From: Paraphysomonas bandaiensis
Lineage: Eukaryota > Protista > Chrysophyceae
Reading direction: 5' to 3'
Assembly (NCBI GenBank): GCA_965644295.1
Contig: CBFFRP010000124.1
Location: 28,962-92,961, forward strand
Length of the DNA stretch: 64,000 nt
Shown here: positions 39,653 through 48,900 of the stretch, piece after piece
Layout of the letters: each line of letters opens with the position of its first letter
How positions within the stretch are numbered: position 1 is the stretch's first letter
The notes under the pieces: model-generated
What the model saw: only the letters and a program-made list of their open reading frames with translations
The model's database searches: none
What the model was told of the DNA's origin: nothing
Program-made: the position numbers and the translations under genes

Positions 39653-39720
39653 TGATTATTACATGAGTACGGTTGCGTACAGAAACTAGTTTATGTCTAT
39701 AGACTAGCTAATAACTAGAT

Positions 39721-40155
39721 TTGCTATATACTACTAGTGGCGGGCAATTTTGGGGAGGGCGCCATCATTTATTTCCAGAGGGCTTTTGTTTTCCGAAAGG
39801 TCACGTCAAAATGTTGTGGGATCTATGGTGGGGGGGAGAAGCTCATAGAAATATCTTGCCCTACAGAAGAATCAAAGGCTTCGATTTATCTAGAACTGAC
39901 CGGGTAAATTGGAGTAAATGTTCGTGTATTATGAACACACTAGTCTCCAAAGCCATTGAGATGAACGAGATCGGAGCAGCAGAGGAGGACATTAATAAAC
40001 TACTACCACGACAACGAGATGCGATGCGTTATTCAGCAAAGTTTTTATACCTTTTTGTATGAGTATATTCGCGGCTGCTAGTCCCGCTCGCTCTTCTCGA
40101 TGATATGCGCATCGGAGAAATGTCAATACGACACTCTACGATTACATGAAGGGCC
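39721..40155 (+). pseudogene. Relic of the C-terminal domain of a Crypton-like (tyrosine recombinase) transposon protein
   Basis: WGGRHHLFPEGFCFPK...MLWDLWWGG...ILPYRRI...DL and a frameshifted EMS/YDTLYD tail, recalled from oomycete Crypton-type ORFs; not verified by search. Confidence 0.45.
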
Positions 40156-40789
40156 GCCAGAGGAATGAGCGTAAACGGAATAGATGCAATGGAGCAAACG
40201 GCAGAAGATCATTGACTGGCACACGTCTATGTTAGTGTCGTATGTACGTGAGGGGGGTCTGTGAGACTCTGAACAGGCATCGCATTAGTGGAGTGAGGGG
40301 TTGATGAGAATATGACGGTCAAGTAGATAGATATCGACTTCTGGTGTAGAGATCATCTTGTTTCATGGCACTATTGACAGTTTAAAGCAACATCTAGAGA
40401 TGAACGTTAGTTGACATACACACACAGTCCATCTGGCAGTGCACCATACAGCACCATATACAAGTATACACAGAAATACACATACTACCGTTCTGTTCGA
40501 CCAGCAGTTTTCGTAAAGCGGACCTTCATTGGCATCCTTTGTGTATTTTTGTTCAAAAATGCCTCTAATATTGAGACAACAATTATCTGTATTCCAGCTG
40601 TAGTTGTATGTAGGTACTATAGAAGGTTTTTGCTTCAATTTATTTCCGAATAATAAGATGCTGACTGCCGATACGCTCAACACTGCTGTAGGTGTGTAGC
40701 CTGCCTATACGGTATACTAGCTACAGGCAACTGATTTGAGAGATGGAAGAATCAAACAAATTTGAAGAAATGCTGAGATGAATAGAAGT

Positions 40790-41649
40790 CTATGAGAGCA
40801 TCTATGAGAGCATCTGTAGAAGCGTCTGAACGCCGTGTGAGAGCATCTATAGCTAGATAGGCCTTTAGCTACAGATGCTCTCATGCGGCCTTCAGATGCT
40901 TCTACAGATGCTTCTATAGTAGAAGCGGTGGCTGTTGAGCTTTCCTCATTAATGAGAGACGAAACTCATCTGTCTGTAAACAAATCTGTCTCCAAAATGT
41001 CGCCTTCTTGTGTTATGAAGTTGAAGAATTCTGTCACTGTGTTTGGCGTACTAGATGAAGGAGTGAAGCATGTCATAACGCCTCAGCTGGACATTTTGAA
41101 AGCGAAGAATTACAGCATGCGTATGTCGACATTGGAATATTGAATGCGTCTGCTTATCCTGACCTAAAGTTGACATGCTTCATTAACGTGAGTGAAGAGT
41201 CAGTGGCGAGGGCATCTATTGGGGACAATTTGTTTGCCATTGGCCGTGATGAGACGGGAGCGAATCTGCACATATGGACTGGTGTTGTTTATTCAGTTTT
41301 TCAGGAAGTTTTGGGAAAGGAGTTGGATACTGAAGACGTTCCGGTGGGTTCTTTTATCTCCACGTACCTCAAGACCAGTGGTGGGCAAGTGAAGGGTATG
41401 TCAGGGGCACCGGTGTTCAACGGTTGTGGCCTTTCTGGAGTAGGCACAGGAATAGATTTGCTTTATGAAAATATAGGCTCTAACACAGTGACTTCGTTCC
41501 TGGGGGCCCACGTCGTGCATGTCAATCACATTCTCGAACTGCTACAAATGGACGAGGCCATCCATTTCTCAGTGCAACCTCATGAGGCCTTAGATGCCAC
41601 CATTGTTAACATTCTCATGAAGACATACTGCAGCTCTTGTGTTCCGTAA
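40790..41649 (+). pseudogene. Disrupted trypsin-like serine-protease gene with short coiled-coil repeats
   Basis: KGMSGAPVFNGCGLSGV (GxSG nucleophile elbow). Upstream ORF pieces are broken by stops and frameshifts. Confidence 0.5.
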
Positions 41650-42254
41650 GCGTTTGAGTTAATTCAGTGCAATTCTATTTTTAGCACTCTGCTGATATAT
41701 ATTTTCAGTAATATTATAGATTATTATTTATCGCGAAACGTCGCGAAACACTTTGCTTCTCAACTGACTCCTTCGTAATAAGCTTATTTATTGTGACATT
41801 ATGATTATACGTAATCTCACTTAGCAATTTCTTATGCCTGGCTACACGAATTAGGTATAGCGAATGATAGGAGGCAAAATTTTCCTGTCGGGGATTGGCA
41901 TTAGAAATTAGAAGTGCTTTGAACAGCTTTGAAAGCACTTAGAAGGGTCACTGAAAGGGCAGTATGGGGCGGAGGCTTAGGGCCGCTTGAAAACAAGTAG
42001 GACCCCTGGCTGCTGTTTGTTGAGTTCTGCTGTTGGAGCAATTGAAAGCTGTAATTCTAAGATATTGGAACTATGACGGTTACTAGAGAATACAGTAGTG
42101 GTTAACTGTATTATGAGAAGTAATGAAAAAACTGAATATATATTGACCATACAAGAAGATAGTGACGATATAAGATCGTACTATAAATGAGTGGTAGTAG
42201 AGATAACGTAATATATTGTTTATTATATTTATTATAATCTTCTCTTATCTTAAC

Positions 42255-42751
42255 GTGTGCCCTCAACAAAGTTGGACTCGCACCTTTTCGTGGTGTTCTG
42301 GGGGATAAGTACCGGAGATATTTCTCTGGGAAACTAACGTGAGCCGCAAACATAGTCAGCAGATATTATTCTGCCCACTCATAGCCAAATGCTTGTGTGG
42401 TACAAGGGACACCAATAAGTGTCACTTGTGTAGACGTCTTTGGGCCCTGACGAATAAACAGGCATCCGGGAATGTCCACCTCAAGGGCATCCGGGACAGG
42501 GCCCACCTGAAGGGTAACCGGGGTATTGGGCTGCCTGCTGAAGTCAAGCATCCGGGATGTTCACCTTAAGATCTCAGAGCGGAAGTGGTCGTACCTTGGT
42601 GCTTGCGGCGACGCACAAGCAGCTTTCGTAGCGTTAAAAGTGTGTACTGATTAGTTACAGGTAGAGGTCTAACTAGTTTGTCAAGCATTCATCTAGCTTC
42701 TAAGTTGGTGCAGGTTTTTAACGCCTATTGCTAATAATAAGACTTTCAATA
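42255..42751 (+). mobile_element. SINE-like element B, copy 3
   Basis: 9-bp TSD TATCTTAAC at 42246-42254 and 42752-42760. Complete shared 3' module. Confidence 0.88.
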
Positions 42752-42886
42752 TATCTTAACTTGATTCATGAGTGAATACACGTCCAGTTAACTTAGTAAA
42801 TCATCCAATTGTGTCATAACTGCCTTGACATGGTGGCGGATGGTAGTTGGAAGCAACTGCTGAAGTGTGACCATTGGAGTGTAACT

Positions 42887-43953
42887 GGAGGACTTCCAAA
42901 AATAATACTAATTCTAAGTAGCCATAATTTTAAGAATACTAGTTAGTATGAATTGCTTATTAGTTACCATCCGGCACACAGTTACTCAGTTTACCACCAG
43001 TCAGAGTGCCAACATCAACACTCAACACCATGTTACGTTGTCCTTCACGCTCCTCTTTTTCAATGTGTCGCAATTCCTCGCGTTAAAGTCGCTCCTCCCG
43101 TCTTCTTTCATCTCTCTCGATGCGTTCAATCCTTCTCTCTTCCATCTCTGCCTTGTGCAGTTCGATGAGGCGATCGATAGGATCTCCAGTAGCACCATTA
43201 CTTCCAAGAGTATCAATGAAGAAGTCTATCTTTTGGCGTTTTGTACCCAAGAAAGAGGGTGGAGGGGACGAACCACGTGAACTGTAGCCACTGTTCATAA
43301 TTACGCTTCCACCAGGTGGTGGAACCGGTCCCCCTGCTGCAATACTGCTCAGTTCTTGGTCACAATATCCTGCTCGTCGAGTGCTGAGTGCAATGAGGGA
43401 TCTTATAAAAGATGTGTCTCCTAACTCCTTATGACGAAGTGAGGCTACTCGTCGAGTTGAGTATGGCCACCTTAATTGCAAGCAGCAGTACCTGTGGGCT
43501 TTTTCTTGTTTCTTAAACCTTTGAACTTATTTCTCAGGGACTCCATGTCCCGTGAAAGCTCAAGTGGGAGTTGGCGATTGTACTCCAACGTCAGGTCCTC
43601 CCATCCGTCTGAAGTATAATGAATCACATAATGGATGTGATTGCACATGCTTACCCATGCCAAGAGGCAGTCTCTCTTCTACAAGAGACAGCAGAGTGTC
43701 CAATTCCAGGTGGGTGTAGTTCCGCCCTCGTCCCTCCCTCTTTTTTGGTGTAGAGCTCTTCGTAGTAGGCATGCTGGCTTCCAAACTATTGTGATATATT
43801 GTACACTATACTTTAAGGCACTGCTCTGAGTGTTGCGATGTTGCGGTGCAAAAAGATTCATTTTTGGAGGTCCACGTCGGAACAAACGCCCGGATTTTAG
43901 AAATTTGTTCCTCCTTTTTGTTTTTTCGGATGTTGCATTTTTGGAAGTCCTCC
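42887..43953 (-). mobile_element. Non-autonomous PIF/Harbinger-like element carrying a decayed Myb/SANT-like gene
   Basis: Perfect 17-bp TIRs GGAGGACTTCCAAAAAT. 3-bp TSD ACT at 42884-42886 and 43954-43956. ORF GRGRNYTHLELDTLL..VEERLPLG..WE..YN..RDMESLRNKF..L..KKPTG plus an E/R-rich tail with an internal stop. Confidence 0.82.
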
Positions 43954-44378
43954 ACTGGACAGAGAAGCAGGAGTCCATACGACTTGTAGGGCTCGAGTGA
44001 TACTGCTTTGTATAGTAGAAACATACAGTATATAGGATATAAAACCAGTATTATTTATGAAAATCTCAGATTTTCATACGAACATAGGACAGAAAAAGTG
44101 GACTGGATTGATGCTGTATGAACCCTCTGAAGAGACCCGCATAATCATCAGAATGATGTCTTCTATCTCATGCGCATGGAGTGTGAGCACGGTGATTCAG
44201 TAATGTGTCTGATTGTGTGGATGGGGGTGCAGTGCTATCGATGAGGGTGCGAGTGATGAGGACTCGTGTCCATTATGCTTATATGTGATGAGAGTGTTTC
44301 CTCATGAGATAGATGGAGTGCTATCGATGAGGGTGCGAGTGATGAGGAGTCGTGTCTATTGTGTTCTATATGATGAGA

Positions 44379-45317
44379 ACACACAAAAACGCGCTTCAAG
44401 AAGAACTGAGAAATCCGGAACTACCCCAATGGACCACCACTGTACTCCAGCGGCTCTCCAGCAGGGCCTGGAATCCTTCCGTTCCACAGGTGGAGAGATT
44501 CTGGACGGGTACCATCACAACTGCACAACTCGAGACGGTTTTTGGAGATCATATCCATGAGTCACTGACACCCCAAGGACTGCGCAGCATCGAATCAGCG
44601 GTCATCAGGTTACTTCTACCGCTTTTCGCTGCAGCAAAGCTAATGATCCAAGATCGAAGTAGACGATACGTTACCCTACAGAAAGGTTCCCCAAGGCTAC
44701 TACCGCGACCGCGTCCAAAACACAGACAGAAATGGAAACGCCCAAGGGTGCTAAGATTACTAGGAATCCACAGACGAACCGAGACTGGAACACCGCCCAC
44801 CGCACATATGAACCCCACCAATCATACACATAGGACCATAGCACCGGACCGCATGAAACCATCAGGCCCTAGACAGCGGCGACGCCGTCTTCGGCAACTC
44901 TACCTATGCCTGACGCCCAGACGGTACACGGCGACAACGCCACATACCACCACACCGTCAGCCTCTCAGCACACACATATAGTGCTTGGTACACTCAGGA
45001 CCTTAATGCAGAACCCTGTACCTCAGAGCCTGGCGGAACCTTATCCCAAGGGGAGACCCCCGGACAACACGCGCCAGTGAGTCCTAAGACACACGAGCAG
45101 GGCGAAACACACAAACAACATAAAGAACGGAAGTGGTTGCACCTTGGTGCTTGCGGCGACGCACAAGCAGCTTATGTAGCGCTAAATAGTAGGATAATAG
45201 AATTTGTGCTGATTAGTTATGGGTAGCGGTCTAACTAGTATGTCTAGCATTCAACTAGCCACTATATTGGCACGAGTTTTTAACGCCTATTGCTAAATAA
45301 CAAGACTTTCAATATAA
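44379..45317 (+). mobile_element. 5'-truncated LINE-like 3' fragment (type C), copy 2, with open frame to 45080
   Basis: TSD GATGAGA at 44372-44378 and 45318-45324. The ORF runs in from the truncation point and ends PKGRPPDNTRQ*. Shared 3' module. Confidence 0.8.
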
Positions 45318-45943
45318 GATGAGAGCATCTCCTCATGCGATGGAATGCTATCGATGATGAGCTTGAGGAGGTTGTGGTCAAGGGTGATTTGGGGTTAGAA
45401 AAAGGGCTTGTCTCCCTGTTTTTTATCCCTAATGATCAACTTCTGTATCTGGTACAGTCGTGATACAATACTTCAGTTTCACAATAATAGCTAATAGTAT
45501 ATACATTGAGTTATAATTTAAATACCTAACTACAGCTTGCAATTGCTCACAAGCAGCAAAACTCAACATACAACATCTCAATTTTACTATAACTCTCCTA
45601 GCATAATTCACTCAGTACTGTGTACAATTAAGAACAATAGTTATTAATACCAACGAATGATGAGACATATATTGATTATAATATAATGATTGACTATTGT
45701 CTGCGTATAGTTACGTACGATATTTCACCATCCAAATATGACAAAAGTTGACAGAATATACACATGTTGTGTTGGATGATGCCTGATGGGGAACAGAGCA
45801 CAACGCAAACCATCCTATACTAGTAGGTTCACTGACTGTCGAACACACTTACACAAGACACAAGTTATTCGTACACACAACAGATAACAGCTATATGTAT
45901 GTATTATCTTCAAGGCGGTGGTATGCGTATTGCCACGCACTAC

Positions 45944-48900
45944 TTAAAAACTGTTGGCGTCTTCATATGCCTTCTGCACGTCGTCCTTGTTGAGGACCCA
46001 CCCGCACTTGCCATTGCGACACACCACTTGCCGCAGACCACAGGTCGTGGCTATGTTGTATCCCTCTCTTTTCTCCAGTAACTCCCTAATGGTTTCATAC
46101 GCCAGTCTGCTGCCCTCGGTGGAGGCATCGATCTGCTTCAGCATCTCAGTAGGGTCCTCTGCATCCACCACACTATCCAGTTTCTCTTCCGTAATCTCCT
46201 CTATTTTATCTGGCATGTTGACCAGAGAGAGCGCCTTATCCACATAGCGCTTGTGGACATCCAGGTCAGTGCCCAAAGCCTCAATCACACCTGGTAGAGG
46301 GATGCCCCCCACTGATGACAGGGCGAGCTTCAGGAGCACTAGACCGAGCTTCAGCACAGGACCGGCTTACTCCCGATAGACTTTAATAGGGTAGCCTTTA
46401 CAGCACAGAGTTCAGACACATGTGTAATATGTAACATGTCACACAGACAAACACGTATGTAATAACGTATATATGTATATATATATAACCAGCACCAACA
46501 AGCATGCACATGTATATATTATAATCCTCATCACCTTGTCCATTTGGCCCACAAGGGGCGATGCGGCGGGTGTGGCTGCAGAGGAAGAAGAGGGTGTACT
46601 TCCGAGTGAAAACTCGAGTTGCCCCTCTGAGCAGATATCCCGTCATCGATTGATCTTTGATTTCAGGAAGGACAATCATGAGGGTGGGGATGGTGTGAGT
46701 GCCTCTCAACAACTGTGCGAGGCTATTGTGTAGAGAGTCCATTTGTGCAGAGAGTGCATCCAGGGCACCTACTAACGACGGGTTGCCCTGCATATCTCTC
46801 ATCGCATCGGTCAATTGGATAATGCTTTGTTGAGTCGCCTCCGCCCGAGCTGCATCCTCAGCTTGCATTCTCGAGCGCTTATCTTCAAATTGCTCAATTT
46901 TCTGCTGAAATTGATTGTTGTTCGCAATCACCGACTGAATGGACTCCACCCACTGCTCATGTAGGGAAGACAGTCGCTCTATCACATCATGTCGCAAGAA
47001 CTTATTCTCCCTTTGAACGTGATGAAGTGTCTCTTGGTCTTTGCGATGGGCTCGAGTGAATCCTAGCTCCGCAATCTTGTCCACCACCTCAGCAGCCGTG
47101 GGTCTCTCGGCAGGGTTGAAACTGCACATTGCAAATACCATGTCGACGTAGCCCCTGTTGATGCCTTTCATCTTGGCTGCGAGTAAACCTCTCAGGTATG
47201 TTTCATCGGATGAAAGTGCTCTAGTTAAGAGCGCCTCCTCTTGCCATGGGAGCACATCCTGCCGTCGTGGGTCGGTTTTATTCAGCAGTGCCGCCACCAG
47301 CAGCCCGGCAGTAAATATATCAATGGCAGGGTCGGCTACGAGCAAACCTGGACTGCCGTTATAAACATCGGGACTCACCCATGGCTGAGAGAATATCAGC
47401 TTAGGGGGGGTGCTGTCATCGCAGCGACACAGCTCTGGCCCATCAAGGTCATTCACACAGCGAAACCTTCTAGAACAATCCAAATCACAGAATTTCAATT
47501 GGTTGCCTCCGATCAACACATTAGCTGGTTTGAGGTCCAGGTGGCATAAACCACATGCATGCAATTCCTTTAAGGCCAAAACCAACTGATTCACCCAGTC
47601 GTACTTTGCCCAGGCGTAGTCTTGGTCTATTACGACGCGTAAATCAAACTCGAGGCGCTCCATTACAATATACTGGCAATGTCCCTCTCCACAACCCCCG
47701 TACACATGCACACACCCTGTGGCTGTTCCTGCTTTCAACAGCAGGGCAAAGTTTTGCAACTCCCGCTGCAAGTCTCGTTGTCGTCCATTGGTCTTGATGA
47801 TGACTTCATGTTTCTCGAATTGACCGTATAAGTTTTTATGGACGAAGTTACCAGAGAACATGCCATCCAGAAGGTTACCAATACACACTCCTCTCCTTGC
47901 TGATGTCGCAGTCAATGGCTGTATATTCTCAATAATTTCACCCGACGACACACGATAAAGGGAGGTAGGAGAGGATACCGGAGAGGGCGGAGACAGGGGG
48001 GGAGGGCAAAGCTCTTTCAAGCCCGTCATGAGTCGGACACGGACAGCCAAGTTCGTTATGCCCATCACTTTAAGCTCGCTACCACTATTCTCCATCAAAT
48101 ATTTAGCACTATCCCCAATGATGGCCATGCTATCAAAGTGTGCTTCTGTCAATTTGTCGAACACCGACTTGGCGTCAATGCTTGTGCCTACAAGTGATCA
48201 CAGCAGTATTATATGTTACTTCTTGTATACATAATATAACTGCACATATATATACACCTGCCTATAATCGTACATATAATATATGTGTGCAAAAATACTA
48301 TGAGTAACGACATCAGAATAAGGGAGTTGATGCTGTAGTCATACCGGCAAATATTTTCCGCAGCCATATGAACACCTCGTTCGAATGCAGCTTCTGTGGC
48401 ACATATAGAAGCTTGAGCACATATATAAGTGGGTGCTACTCACCTTAACAGCTGTGCCAACTATACACATACATATATGGTCGCAGTCAAGGGCACACAA
48501 ACATATCATACCATAGAACCACATCACCATCACACACATACCTCTGCAGCAGCTTCCTTCTCCTCTTGCTGTCTCCGTCTCTGTCTCTCAGCCTATACAA
48601 TACACACAATCTCAATTAAAACCAAAACACTCTCGACACCTATATCATACACCAACCATACCAATATATCAAACATATCATACCATATAGCTACTTCACC
48701 ATCACATACATACCTCTGCAGCAGCAGCTTCCTCCTCTTGCTTTCTCTGCTTCTCGGCCTACACAATACACACAACCTCAATTAAAACCAAACACTCTCG
48801 ACACCTACATCATTCACCAACCATACCAATATATCAAACATATCATACCATAGAACCACATCACCATCACATACATACCTCTGCAGCAGCAGCTTCCTCC

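Noticed and set aside
42444-42490. Hammerhead ribozyme at CTGACGA in element B
   Set aside because: No stem II-GAAA follows, and other copies read TTGACGA.
44228-44378. Short imperfect tandem repeat (GTGCTATCGATGAGGGTGCGAGTGATGAGGA) resuming after 45318
   Set aside because: A simple local repeat interrupted by the type C insertion; no evidence of function.
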